Below are positions 1 to 9,674 of a stretch of 64,000 nucleotides of DNA, piece after piece (within the stretch, counting starts at the first letter, position 1; every line of letters starts with the position of its first letter). The position numbers and the translations under genes were made by a program. The notes beneath the pieces were generated by a model. The model ran no database searches and was not told the DNA's origin. It saw only the letters and a program-made list of their open reading frames with translations. The stretch is taken from assembly GCA_024693455.1 (NCBI GenBank), contig JAILKW010000022.1:12318-76317 (forward strand). Reading direction: 5' to 3'. Source of the stretch: Lachnospiraceae bacterium. GTDB lineage: Bacteria > Bacillota > Clostridia > Lachnospirales > Lachnospiraceae.

Positions 1-1339
1 TATCCCTTATCTCGTTTTGGATAAGACGATTACCGTTTTCACGACCCAAAGTATTTGTAAGTTCATCATAATGTATTTCATCGTAAACTGTCTCTTCGGC
101 CTTATCAATGACCCTGGTAAGGATCTTGGTGGTCTGTTTAACTTCGAAAGATTCGCTTTCACTGTCAAGATCGGGAAGGCGGTTTTCTTTTATAAGTCGA
201 AGAAGTGCCGTGCATGCATCAGGATCAAACTGTTTTCCGTTTCCTTTGGCAAATTCGCTTATAACGCGACCTATGGGAAGATGTTTTCTGTATACACGAT
301 TGGAAGTCATGGCATCATAAGCATCAGCAACACCGATTATCCTTGCGATAAGAGGTATCTCCTCTCCCTTTAAGCCTTCCGGATATCCGGTTCCGTCATA
401 TCTTTCGTGATGATATTTGGCTCCGACATCGAGTTTATCTATCATGGTAATGTCTTTTAGGATTTCGCCGCCTATAATGGTGTGGTCCTTCATAAGCTGG
501 TATTCTTCGTCGGTAAGCCTTCCGGGCTTGTTAAGAACGTTATCGGGAACTCCGATCTTACCTATATCGTGCAGAAGTCCGATAAATCTGATGTTTTGGA
601 GTTCATCACCGGTAAATCCCATTTCAGCCGCTATGGCTACTGCATATTCGGAAACTCTTCGGCTGTGACCTCTTGTATACTCGTCTTTTGCATCGATGGT
701 ATTGGCAATTGTCATTATGGTCTGCATCGTCATCTCACGAAGCTGGTCGTTTTTGGTGGTAAGTTCTTTGGCTTTATTATCAAGAGTTTCTTTGTTGAGC
801 TGTAGCTTTTTTGTATATTCTTCGTTTAGTTTGTAAATGCTGTCGTAAATAATCGTGGCAGTAAAAAGTGCAACAAGGCAAAGTATTATAACAAAGAATC
901 GGATACGCAGATCAGCATCCCAAAGATCGTATACTTTGCCGTCATTGAAGCTGATATATATGTTGATGAGATTAAGGATCAAGGTGGTTATTCCGCAAAA
1001 CAGAATATGTTTTGGATTATGATAAAGAACAAGTAAAGAAAACATGGGAAGAACATAAGTCCAGCCCATGGTAGTCTCCGAGGTGAAAAGAACGTAAGCA
1101 TACATAAGAGAAAACCCGATATAGATCACGTATTTGTGGTATTTGCTTTCGGGTCTTCTTATGTATTCTATCAAAGAAACTAAATACGGCAATATAGTTA
1201 TGCACAAAAAAGAGAACAAATATTTAAGCGACATAACTCCTCTTACATATTCAAGGAAATACATAGTATCGAGTATGATAACGAATATTCCCCAGCCTAT
1301 AAGTAAAGCTTTATTTGTTCTCTTGGTTTCCATGTTCAT
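1..1339 (-). CDS. Membrane-anchored HD-GYP phosphodiesterase-domain protein, 3' end outside the window; probably followed by a GGDEF-like domain
   Basis: Translated by hand from ATG 1339 with no stop before the window edge, so absent from the ORF track. About 5 hydrophobic segments, a coiled coil, then IDAKDEYTRGHS, LLHDIGKIG, HHERYDGTGYPEGLKGEEIP and ADAYDAMTSNRVYR. Ends with YDELTNTLGR, resembling the D-LT-L-NR start of GGDEF domains. Confidence 0.9.
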   Translation of the reverse strand, partial: MNMETKRTNKALLIGWGIFVIILDTMYFLEYVRGVMSLKYLFSFLCITILPYLVSLIEYIRRPESKYHKYVIYIGFSLMYAYVLFTSETTMGWTYVLPMFSLLVLYHNPKHILFCGITTLILNLINIYISFNDGKVYDLWDADLRIRFFVIILCLVALFTATIIYDSIYKLNEEYTKKLQLNKETLDNKAKELTTKNDQLREMTMQTIMTIANTIDAKDEYTRGHSRRVSEYAVAIAAEMGFTGDELQNIRFIGLLHDIGKIGVPDNVLNKPGRLTDEEYQLMKDHTIIGGEILKDITMIDKLDVGAKYHHERYDGTGYPEGLKGEEIPLIARIIGVADAYDAMTSNRVYRKHLPIGRVISEFAKGNGKQFDPDACTALLRLIKENRLPDLDSESESFEVKQTTKILTRVIDKAEETVYDEIHYDELTNTLGRENGNRLIQNEIRD

Positions 1340-1424
1340 TGTATAATATCCCCACAAATATTACTAAAAAAGGTAACTTGTTTGCAAAATATATGTTAAT
1401 TATAACAAAAATATTAGGGATATA

Positions 1425-2261
1425 CTACTGTTTTTTGACATTTTTGATGAGTGGAGACAGAGCTCCTTCTTCATCATACATAAAAAGCTCTATCCTATGA
1501 CAACCTATGGATGTCGAAACCTCATCTATATCCTTTTGAAGAAGGTATGAAAGGAAAAGATCGGGTTTGATATTCTCTTCGCTTCCGTGAGATAAGGAAA
1601 GTTTTATCAAAGGATCGCCGTTATTAAGGAGAAAACCGTTGTTCTCATGATCAGGCAGGAACTTTTCCATATGCTGCCTTAATGCATCATCAATGATAAT
1701 GGTTTCAAATTCGTAGATATGCGGAGCAAGATCAACTTCTCTTACGCTCTTTTTTGTCTTTTTTTCAATTATCATGGAGGGCACATTGCTAAAACGTGAT
1801 TTTTGGGCTTCACAGAGTTTATCATAGTTCGTAAAATCTGCTTTTTTAAAATATACATAGTAGGAAGCTCTTACTACCGAAGCCATGGCTTTTGAGGATT
1901 TTTCGGGAAGAGGTGCAAATTCAAGTATCCTTATGCCATCTGCCATGGTTTGATTAAGAGCCTCGCAGGCTTTTTTAAAGTCAAATCCGTTTGAGGTGTC
2001 AGATGCATCGGAGCCTTTTGTTTTGTAAATTGAGTCTTTAAGGATATCATCATCCAAAAGAACATCCATATATTCCCCCTCACTTGTCATTCCGACTCCC
2101 AGAGGAAGGGCAAAAGCCATCCTTTGATGTGGATGAAACCCCTCTGAATAGGCTATGGGGATATCTGCTCTTCTCATGGCTTTTTGAAAGTATCTCATTA
2201 GATCGAGATGGCCTATGTAACGAAGGACGCCCCCTTTTGAAAATTTAATTCTTGTTTTCAA
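1425..2261 (-). CDS. TIGR03936 family radical SAM-associated protein (DUF2344)
   Basis: RYIGHLDLMRYFQKAMRRADIPIAYSEGFHPH...ALPLGVGMTSEGEY signature; directly downstream of the TIGR03960 gene; TTG at 2261 preceded by GGAGGAGG. Confidence 0.88.
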   Translation of the reverse strand: MKTRIKFSKGGVLRYIGHLDLMRYFQKAMRRADIPIAYSEGFHPHQRMAFALPLGVGMTSEGEYMDVLLDDDILKDSIYKTKGSDASDTSNGFDFKKACEALNQTMADGIRILEFAPLPEKSSKAMASVVRASYYVYFKKADFTNYDKLCEAQKSRFSNVPSMIIEKKTKKSVREVDLAPHIYEFETIIIDDALRQHMEKFLPDHENNGFLLNNGDPLIKLSLSHGSEENIKPDLFLSYLLQKDIDEVSTSIGCHRIELFMYDEEGALSPLIKNVKKQ

Positions 2262-4116
2262 AGCAGACACCTCCTCCTTTTTTGGCTATTCCGCAGCCGG
2301 AGCATTTCTCGCGACAGTTGGGAGTAACGATTCCCTTTGCGGCGTTTTCCCATTCTTTTTCGAGGAAAGAGCGTTTTATACCGACATCAATGAAGTCCCA
2401 CGGAAGGATTTCTTTGATATCCCGTTCTCTCATTGTATAAAAATCAGGATCGATACCTTCTTCGCGGAAAGCTTCATCCCAAAGATCTTTGTGGAAAAAT
2501 TCAGTCCAGGCATCAAAAAAACATCCTTTATTATATGCTCTTTCTATTACACGGGATATCCGTCTGTCTCCTCTTGCAAATATTCCTTCAAGAAGGGTTA
2601 CATCCGGCTCATGATATTGATAGGAAATGCTCTTTTGGTTAAGTTCGCTTCTCATGCGGTCTTTTACTATATGGGCCCTTCTCTTATACTCTGCTGCAGG
2701 CTGCATTGTGGCCCATTGAAAGGGCGTAAAAGGCTTTGGTACAAAGAAGGAAGTGGATATGGTTATACGGCATCTTCCGTTTCGGCTTTCTTTTGGAACC
2801 GTATCATAGTAAAGCATAGCGATATCTTCCGCAAGATCAGGGATTGCCTCCATATCTTCTTCTGTTTCGAAGGGAAGACCGAGCATGAAGTATAGTTTAA
2901 CCTTGTTCCAACCACCTAAAAATGCTTCTTTTGCACCTCCAAGTATGTCTTCTTTGGTAAGTCCTTTATTTATGATGTCTCTCATCCTTTGGCTGCCGCC
3001 CTCCGGAGCAAAGGTAAGGGAGCTTTTTTTGACATCCGACACCTTATCCATGACATCCAGTGAAAAAGAGTCGATCCGGAGTGAGGGAAGGGAAATATTT
3101 ACCTTTCTTTTATTACACTCGTCGATTAAAAATAAGAGGAGGTCATTTAAGTAAAGGTAATCACTTGAAGACAGGGATGAAAGGGAAATTTCATCCTGGC
3201 CTGTTGACTTTAGCATTTCAATAGCGTATTTTTTCAGGGTTTCAAGCGATCGTCCTCTGGTGGGGCGATAGATCATTCCCGCCTGACAGAAACGACATCC
3301 TCGGATACAGCCTCTCATTATTTCAAGCACTACCCTGTCCTGGGTAACCTGAAGGTAAGGGATGATCGGATTTTCGGGATAGGGAGAATCATCAAGATCC
3401 ATTTTTATCTGACGAACTATGGTTTTTGGAATATCATCATAGATCGGATGAAAATCGGCTATTGTGTGGTCAGGATTGTAGCTTACCTCATAAAACATGG
3501 GAACATACAGTCCCTCTATTTGGGCTGCTTCATGAAGGAAGGTAATGCGGTCATAGGAACCGGATTTTTTCATTCCGATATAGAGATCGAAAAGCTCATC
3601 AAAGCGTGTTTCACCTTCCCCTATATATATTATGTCAAAGAAATCCGCTATCGGTTCGGGATTGTATGTACAGGGGCCACCTCCTATAAATATGGGATGA
3701 GTTTCATCCCTGTCTTTGGAATAGAAAGGGATATCCGACAGATCGAGTATCTGTAAAATATTGGTATAGCACATTTCGTATTGAAGAGTCATCCCAAGAA
3801 AATCAAAATCCCTGACAGGCGACTGGGTCTCCAGGGAAAAAAGGGGGATGTGTTGCTCTTTCATAATGGCATGAAGATCGGGCCAGGGGCTGTAAACCCT
3901 TTCACAGTAAACATCATTTCTTCGGTTGAACATTTCGTAGAGGATCTGAATTCCAAGATGTGACATGCCTATCTCATAAACATCCGGAAAACAGAAAGCA
4001 TAACGAAGATCAACAGAAGCAGGATCTTTTTTTGCCATATTTATCTCATTACCAATATAGCGGGCAGATTTCTCTACCCGCATAAGTATATCGTCGCTAA
4101 GCGCTAATTTATTCAT
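2245..4116 (-). CDS. TIGR03960 family B12-binding-domain radical SAM protein
   Basis: FPDVYEIGMSHLG, GCIRGCRFCQAG (CxxxCxxC), FVPKPFTPFQW and a C-terminal CREKCSGCG. ATG 4116 overlaps the upstream TGA (ATGA coupling). Confidence 0.9.
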   Translation of the reverse strand: MNKLALSDDILMRVEKSARYIGNEINMAKKDPASVDLRYAFCFPDVYEIGMSHLGIQILYEMFNRRNDVYCERVYSPWPDLHAIMKEQHIPLFSLETQSPVRDFDFLGMTLQYEMCYTNILQILDLSDIPFYSKDRDETHPIFIGGGPCTYNPEPIADFFDIIYIGEGETRFDELFDLYIGMKKSGSYDRITFLHEAAQIEGLYVPMFYEVSYNPDHTIADFHPIYDDIPKTIVRQIKMDLDDSPYPENPIIPYLQVTQDRVVLEIMRGCIRGCRFCQAGMIYRPTRGRSLETLKKYAIEMLKSTGQDEISLSSLSSSDYLYLNDLLLFLIDECNKRKVNISLPSLRIDSFSLDVMDKVSDVKKSSLTFAPEGGSQRMRDIINKGLTKEDILGGAKEAFLGGWNKVKLYFMLGLPFETEEDMEAIPDLAEDIAMLYYDTVPKESRNGRCRITISTSFFVPKPFTPFQWATMQPAAEYKRRAHIVKDRMRSELNQKSISYQYHEPDVTLLEGIFARGDRRISRVIERAYNKGCFFDAWTEFFHKDLWDEAFREEGIDPDFYTMRERDIKEILPWDFIDVGIKRSFLEKEWENAAKGIVTPNCREKCSGCGIAKKGGGVCFENKN

Positions 4117-5396
4117 CGTTGTGAAAGCTCCCTTGTAACATCTTCCCAATCAATATTTTTTTCGGCCATAAGTACCATTAAATGATAAAGGAAATCCGAG
4201 GTTTCGTAAACGAGTTCCTGAGAATCGGGATTCTTGGCTGCAATAACGATCTCGGTTGCTTCCTCTCCCACTTTTTTCAGTATCTTATCGATTCCCTTGT
4301 CAAACAGATAATTGGTGTATGAGCCCTCTTTGGGATGTACCTTTCTGTCTGAGATAACATCATAAACATTTTCAAAGACTTTAAGAGGACTTCTTTCTAC
4401 ATATTCTTTCTTGATGATCTCATTAAAGAAGCATGAAGGTGCTCCGGTATGGCAGGCTATTCCGCCGACCTGTGAGACCTTGGCAAGTATGGTATCGTAG
4501 TCGCAATCTGCCGTAAGGGATTTGACATATTGAATATGTCCGCTTGTAAGTCCTTTTGTCCATTGTTCGTTACGGCTTCTGCTGTAATAGGTCATTTTAC
4601 CTATACGTATGGTTGTGTTAAAAGCTTCTTCATCCATGTAGGCGAGCATCAGGACTTCATTTGTCTGATAATCCTGAGCAATAACGGGAACAAGACCGTT
4701 GGAATCCTTTTTGAGATCGGTCCAGGATAACTTGGGATTGAAATTGTCCATTACAATTCCTTTGTTCGCAAGCGTTCCTTTAAGCTGCATTATATCAGTC
4801 TCTTCCTGATTGATAAATCTCCCGTATATACCGCGAATGTTCTTCTTATAGAGCATTTCGGTTATAGCATCAAGATCGTAATCATCCTGGATCATGATAT
4901 AGGGTACACCGGTAATCTCTTCAAGACCGTTAAAGATAGTTTTATCCATTATGATAAATTCATGAACACAATCAGAGATGATATCTTTGGTCTTAAAAAT
5001 GAAATCTACGGTGTCAAGAGATACAAGGATCTTTTCTGCACCGAAACGAAGAGCTGCTTCTCTCATAAGGTCAATGGTTTCAGGCTTTTTTCCGTTTAGA
5101 ACAACTTCTATACAACCTGCATAAAGAAACTTTTTGACGTCTTCAAGACGCTTTATGTTTCCGCCGGCGGCGGTTTTAATGTCAATTGTACGGTTGATCT
5201 CTCTTATTTTTAAGATGTTTTTTTCATGTTCATCATCACCGCTTGAAAGGTCGAAGCAGATAATTTTATCAATACCGCTGTCATTATACATTTTGGCCAG
5301 TTCAACAGGATCGGTAATTGATGCAGGGTCATTACGATCAGTGAGAGCCATTCCGTCGCTAAGATATATTGTAGCTACTATATTTTTATGTTCCAT
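4113..5396 (-). CDS. hisIE: Bifunctional PR-AMP cyclohydrolase / PR-ATP diphosphatase with an N-terminal HisF-like TIM-barrel domain
   Basis: C-terminal half has HisI motifs (YYSRSR, DCDYD, ACHTG..SCF) and HisE motifs (GSYTNYLFDKG.DKILKKVGEEATE). The N-terminal ~220 aa resemble HisF/HisA (GGNIKRLEDVKKFLYAG). Confidence 0.9.
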   Translation of the reverse strand: MEHKNIVATIYLSDGMALTDRNDPASITDPVELAKMYNDSGIDKIICFDLSSGDDEHEKNILKIREINRTIDIKTAAGGNIKRLEDVKKFLYAGCIEVVLNGKKPETIDLMREAALRFGAEKILVSLDTVDFIFKTKDIISDCVHEFIIMDKTIFNGLEEITGVPYIMIQDDYDLDAITEMLYKKNIRGIYGRFINQEETDIMQLKGTLANKGIVMDNFNPKLSWTDLKKDSNGLVPVIAQDYQTNEVLMLAYMDEEAFNTTIRIGKMTYYSRSRNEQWTKGLTSGHIQYVKSLTADCDYDTILAKVSQVGGIACHTGAPSCFFNEIIKKEYVERSPLKVFENVYDVISDRKVHPKEGSYTNYLFDKGIDKILKKVGEEATEIVIAAKNPDSQELVYETSDFLYHLMVLMAEKNIDWEDVTRELSQR

Positions 5397-5989
5397 TATC
5401 CTAAACTACCTTTCGTTGATAATACTCCCGTTAAACCGGGATCAAGTTTTGTTGCCATATTAAGACTTCTTGCAAAAGATTTGAATGTCGCTTCGATTAT
5501 GTGGTGGGCATTTTCACCATGCATAAGCTTAATATGTATATTCATCATTGCACTGTATGAAACAGCATAGAAAAACTCTTTTACCATCTCGGTATCCATA
5601 TATCCGACTCTTTCCACGGGAAGCTTCTCGTCAAAGACCAGATAAGGTCTGCCACACAGATCCACAGCGGAAAGTACAAGGCTTTCATCCATGGGAAGAA
5701 GACATTCACCGTATCTTGAAATGCCTTTTTTATCACCGAGGGCTTTGTTTATTGCCTGCCCCAAAACAATGCCACAATCTTCTATTGTATGATGGCAATC
5801 CACAATGAGATCTCCTTTACAGGAAAGGGCAAGATCGAACTGACCGTGTTTGGCAAAACTGCAGAGCATGTGGTCAAAAAAACCTATGCCTGTTTCAATA
5901 TCGGTTTCACCGCTGCCATCCAGATCGATCGTAAGAGAAATATCGGTTTCTTTTGTCTTGCGATCTATACTCGCACTTCTTTCACTCAT
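5396..5989 (-). CDS. hisB: Imidazoleglycerol-phosphate dehydratase
   Basis: RKTKETDI, TGIGFFDHML, DCHHTIED and NAHHIIEA motifs; GAGGAG RBS before ATG 5989. Confidence 0.96.
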   Translation of the reverse strand: MSERSASIDRKTKETDISLTIDLDGSGETDIETGIGFFDHMLCSFAKHGQFDLALSCKGDLIVDCHHTIEDCGIVLGQAINKALGDKKGISRYGECLLPMDESLVLSAVDLCGRPYLVFDEKLPVERVGYMDTEMVKEFFYAVSYSAMMNIHIKLMHGENAHHIIEATFKSFARSLNMATKLDPGLTGVLSTKGSLG

Positions 5990-5991
5990 AT

Positions 5992-7281
5992 TCACTCCTC
6001 AAATCTTACTTTTACGGAATTGGCGTGAGCGGTAAGCTGCTCACTTTCCGCAAATGTAACTATATCTTTGTAAACCTCACTTAATGCTTCTTTGGAATAA
6101 GAGATCACACTGGATCTTTTTATAAAGTCATCCACCGAAAGCGGTGAAAAGAATTTGGCTGTACCGTTTGTAGGAAGTACATGATTAGGGCCTGCAAAAT
6201 AGTCTCCGAGGGGTTCGCTGGAATAACTTCCGAGGAAGATCGCTCCTGCGTTTTTAACCCTTGTCATATCTCCCATGGGATCTTTTGTAACGATCTCAAG
6301 GTGCTCTGAGGCAATTTCATTAACGGCCGAAAAAGCCTGATCTGCAGTATCTGCGATCAGAATATATCCGTAATTATCGAGGGATTCTTTTATTATGTCT
6401 TTTCTTGAAAGAACTTTAAGGAATCCGTCGATCTCCCTTTCAACTTCATCTGCAAGACTGCGGCTTGTTGTGACAAGGATGGCTGATGCCATGGGATCAT
6501 GCTCGGCCTGTGAAAGAAGATCCGCTGCAACAAAACGGGGATTGGCCGTTTCATCTGCAAGTACCATTATTTCACTGGGACCGGCGATCGAATCGATGGC
6601 CACATTACCGAATACCGCTTTTTTGGCAAGAGCAACAAAGATGTTTCCCGGGCCTACTATCTTGTCTACCTTGGGTATGGATTCGGTTCCGAAAGCAAGA
6701 GCTGCAATTGCCTGTGCACCGCCAACCTTGTATATACAGTCAACACCTGCTTCGTTAGCGGCTACAAGGGTGGAGGGATAAACTTTTCCCTGAGGATCAC
6801 AGGGAGTTGTCATAAATATATTGGGAACGCCCGCAACCTTGGCGGGGATCACATTCATAAGAACGGATGAGGGATAAACAGCTCTTCCGCCCGGAACGTA
6901 TACACCGACTTTTTCAAGAGGTGTAACCTTTTGTCCGAGAAAGATACCGTCTTCCGAAGTAAACCAGCTGTTTTTAAGCTGCTTTTCATGGAACTTTTTG
7001 ATATTTATGATGGCTTTTTTGATAACCGAAAGAAGCCCCGGATCAACTTTGTCATAGGCTTCTTCTATCTCTTCTTTTGTGACTTTTATGTTTGAAGAAT
7101 TTATCTCAGCCTTATCAAATTGGGCGGTATATGAAAATACAGCTTTATCTTTATTTGCCCTTACGTTGGCGATGATCTCTTTGACTGTCTTTTCCTGCTC
7201 ATCGTAACTCTCGGGGGAGCGTTTTAACAGGTTTTCAAGTATACCCTTAATACTGTTCTCGTTTAATTCTACTTTTTTCAT
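5992..7281 (-). CDS. hisD: Histidinol dehydrogenase
   Basis: GVYVPGG, KIVGPGNIFV, IDSIAGPSE, DLLSQAEHD and GDYFAGPNHVLPT motifs. Confidence 0.97.
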   Translation of the reverse strand: MKKVELNENSIKGILENLLKRSPESYDEQEKTVKEIIANVRANKDKAVFSYTAQFDKAEINSSNIKVTKEEIEEAYDKVDPGLLSVIKKAIINIKKFHEKQLKNSWFTSEDGIFLGQKVTPLEKVGVYVPGGRAVYPSSVLMNVIPAKVAGVPNIFMTTPCDPQGKVYPSTLVAANEAGVDCIYKVGGAQAIAALAFGTESIPKVDKIVGPGNIFVALAKKAVFGNVAIDSIAGPSEIMVLADETANPRFVAADLLSQAEHDPMASAILVTTSRSLADEVEREIDGFLKVLSRKDIIKESLDNYGYILIADTADQAFSAVNEIASEHLEIVTKDPMGDMTRVKNAGAIFLGSYSSEPLGDYFAGPNHVLPTNGTAKFFSPLSVDDFIKRSSVISYSKEALSEVYKDIVTFAESEQLTAHANSVKVRFEE

Positions 7282-7305
7282 AATACTTCTTTCTGTATAT
7301 AAATT

Positions 7306-7956
7306 TTAAAGTGCGTTTTTCAGATCCCTGATAAGGTCATTGATACGCATATTTTCCATTCTCATGCTGACAGGATTAACAACTACCCTGGCTGAAAGCG
7401 GAACCACCTCTTCAAGTACCGCAAGTCCGTTTTCTTTTAATGTACTTCCGGTTTCAACTATGTCAACAATAACTTCGGAAAGTCCGACTATTGGAGCCAG
7501 TTCGATGGAGCCGTTAAGCTTTATTATCTCAACGGTTTTATTTTTCTTTTCGTAGAAATAATCTTTTGCTATCCTGGGATATTTGGTTGCAACGCGGATA
7601 AGCTCCTGGGAATCGAGCTTTTCTCTTGCGCTTTCCGGTCCGCAGACACACATTCTGCATTTACCGAAGCCAAGATCCAAAACCTCATAGATGTTGCGGT
7701 TTTCCTCAAGGATGGTATCCTCTCCGACTATTCCTATATCAGCTGCGCCGTATTCAACATAGGTCGGAACATCCGGTCCTTTGGCAAGGAAAAACCTTAT
7801 TCTCGCGTCTTCATTTACAAAGATGAGTTTGCGGGTTGTCTTGTCGTTCATTTCTTCGCAAGGAATACCTATTTTTGTAAAAAGCTCCATAGCGCTTTTG
7901 GCAAGTCTTCCTTTTCCGAGAGCAACTGTTAAATATCTGTTTTCGTTATGATTCAT
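7306..7956 (-). CDS. hisG: ATP phosphoribosyltransferase, short form (HisZ-dependent)
   Basis: [36 protein letters not shown] and [14 protein letters not shown]; lacks the C-terminal regulatory domain. Confidence 0.96.
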   Translation of the reverse strand: MNHNENRYLTVALGKGRLAKSAMELFTKIGIPCEEMNDKTTRKLIFVNEDARIRFFLAKGPDVPTYVEYGAADIGIVGEDTILEENRNIYEVLDLGFGKCRMCVCGPESAREKLDSQELIRVATKYPRIAKDYFYEKKNKTVEIIKLNGSIELAPIVGLSEVIVDIVETGSTLKENGLAVLEEVVPLSARVVVNPVSMRMENMRINDLIRDLKNAL

Positions 7957-7957
7957 T

Positions 7958-9139
7958 TTAATCACCAATATATATTAAATCCGTTCCTTCAGATCCGTTC
8001 ATCAAAGCTTCGTATTCGGATCTGTCTTTTATCTTGTAAAGCATCACCTTTTCGCCTAAACTGCGAAGTTCATCGGCTTTTTCTATAGCCTTTTTTGAAT
8101 GGTCCTCAAGGTAAACAATGAGTTTTTTCACTGTTTTGGCTTCGGTGCTTATGCTCTGTCTGTCAAGTGAAATGAGAAGCTGGTCAATATCGATCGCAAA
8201 ACCTATGGCAGGTGAGTCTTTTCCGAATTTGTTTAAAAGCCTGTCATAACGACCTCCGGAAACTATCGGCTGACCGCTTCCGTATGTAAAACCGGAAAAA
8301 ACTATACCGGTATAATATCTGTACTCGCTGACAAAGCCAAGATCATAAGAAACATGATCGGAGGCTTCGTATATGTCGAGGAGATTGCTTAATTTGCTAA
8401 GTCGTAAAAGTGCATCTGAAAGACCGTTGGGAACCTTAAAAGCATCTGTGAGTTCTTTGAATTCTTCAGGACTTTTATACATGCTTGAAAGCTTTTGGAA
8501 GATCCCTCTTATGTCGGGATTTGCGTTTCTTTTTTCGAGAAACTCATCGAGCGCAAAGAAATTTTTGTTGGCCGCTAATGAATGAATTTCATCAATATCA
8601 TCTTCGTTTAGTGCAAGTGCATCAACAAGACTGTCAAAAACAGCAGCATGACCGATGCTTATCCCAAATTCACTAAGACCGCAGGATTCGAGAGTCCTTA
8701 CCAGCATTGCGATCATCTCAGCATCGGCTTCGATGGAAGGATCTCCTATACATTCGCCGCCTATCTGGGAACGCTCGTTGAGATTACCGCGAAGTCTTTT
8801 ATGATTGGAAAAAACCCGTCCGTTATAATAAAGTCTTATAGGACAATTTGAGTTATTAAAATATTTACCCGCACATCTGGCAACAGACGGGGTGAAATCG
8901 GGACGAAGAACTATGGTTTCGCCTTCTCTGTCAAAAAATTTGTAAAGTTCTTTTGAAGATACGGTTCCTATACTGCTTCCGAAGAGATCGAAAAATTCAA
9001 AGGAAGGTGTTTGTATGGGATCATATCCGTATGAATCTATGATGGATGAAACAGTATTTTCGATAGAAAGCTTTTTCCTACATTCATCTCCTATTATATC
9101 TCTGACACCATCCGGTGTATGAAGTCTGAATTTGGACAT
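7958..9139 (-). CDS. hisZ: ATP phosphoribosyltransferase regulatory subunit
   Basis: HisRS-like: [33 protein letters not shown]; immediately upstream of short hisG. Confidence 0.94.
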   Translation of the reverse strand: MSKFRLHTPDGVRDIIGDECRKKLSIENTVSSIIDSYGYDPIQTPSFEFFDLFGSSIGTVSSKELYKFFDREGETIVLRPDFTPSVARCAGKYFNNSNCPIRLYYNGRVFSNHKRLRGNLNERSQIGGECIGDPSIEADAEMIAMLVRTLESCGLSEFGISIGHAAVFDSLVDALALNEDDIDEIHSLAANKNFFALDEFLEKRNANPDIRGIFQKLSSMYKSPEEFKELTDAFKVPNGLSDALLRLSKLSNLLDIYEASDHVSYDLGFVSEYRYYTGIVFSGFTYGSGQPIVSGGRYDRLLNKFGKDSPAIGFAIDIDQLLISLDRQSISTEAKTVKKLIVYLEDHSKKAIEKADELRSLGEKVMLYKIKDRSEYEALMNGSEGTDLIYIGD

Positions 9140-9140
9140 A

Positions 9141-9671
9141 TTATTCTCTCCCGTCTAAATCTTTTTGAAGAAGCTTAAGATAAGGTATGGTGTTACCTTC
9201 ACTGTTAAAGAAAAAATCCTTATCCAGCTCATCTGCTTTAAAACTCTTTCTTCCGCCCTGCATTGCCCGGTTCCAGTAAATCAGAGCTTCGGAAAATCTC
9301 AAATAATAAAAAATATTCTCTTCCTTAAAATAAATAAGAAAAAAGGCAATTCCCTGTTGTGCTTCAAAATCTTCCATGAATTGCATCTGATGCTCATGAA
9401 TGTTGGCAATGGGAAATGTCATGGCAGCACATTCTTTTGCATCAAAGCAAACCGGAATGCCTTGAACCGCACCGATATAATCGACCGTTGATTTTTGATC
9501 GAAGTAAGCAAGTGTTATATGCCTTCCTGTCTTATCAAATTCGATCGGTGTAATGGGTGTAGGTACTTTTTGTATGAGGGCAAGCCCGGCCTCACGATAC
9601 ATTTCGTTGGTATGATTTATAAATTCTTCTAATGTGGAGCCTCTTAGTCCCCTTGAATTCCATGTAGCCAT
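9141..9671 (-). CDS. recU: Holliday junction resolvase RecU
   Basis: RGSTLEEFIN, IQKVPTP, STVDYIG, FDAKE and IHEHQ motifs. Confidence 0.93.
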   Translation of the reverse strand: MATWNSRGLRGSTLEEFINHTNEMYREAGLALIQKVPTPITPIEFDKTGRHITLAYFDQKSTVDYIGAVQGIPVCFDAKECAAMTFPIANIHEHQMQFMEDFEAQQGIAFFLIYFKEENIFYYLRFSEALIYWNRAMQGGRKSFKADELDKDFFFNSEGNTIPYLKLLQKDLDGRE

Positions 9672-9674
9672 AGG

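Noticed and set aside
17-1346. Short ORFs listed at the window start
   Set aside because: All are shadows of the long minus-strand HD-GYP frame that the track omitted because it lacks a stop in the window.
9120-9160. His T-box or attenuator upstream of hisZ
   Set aside because: The intergenic distance is 1 nt, with no T-box motif or His-codon leader peptide visible.
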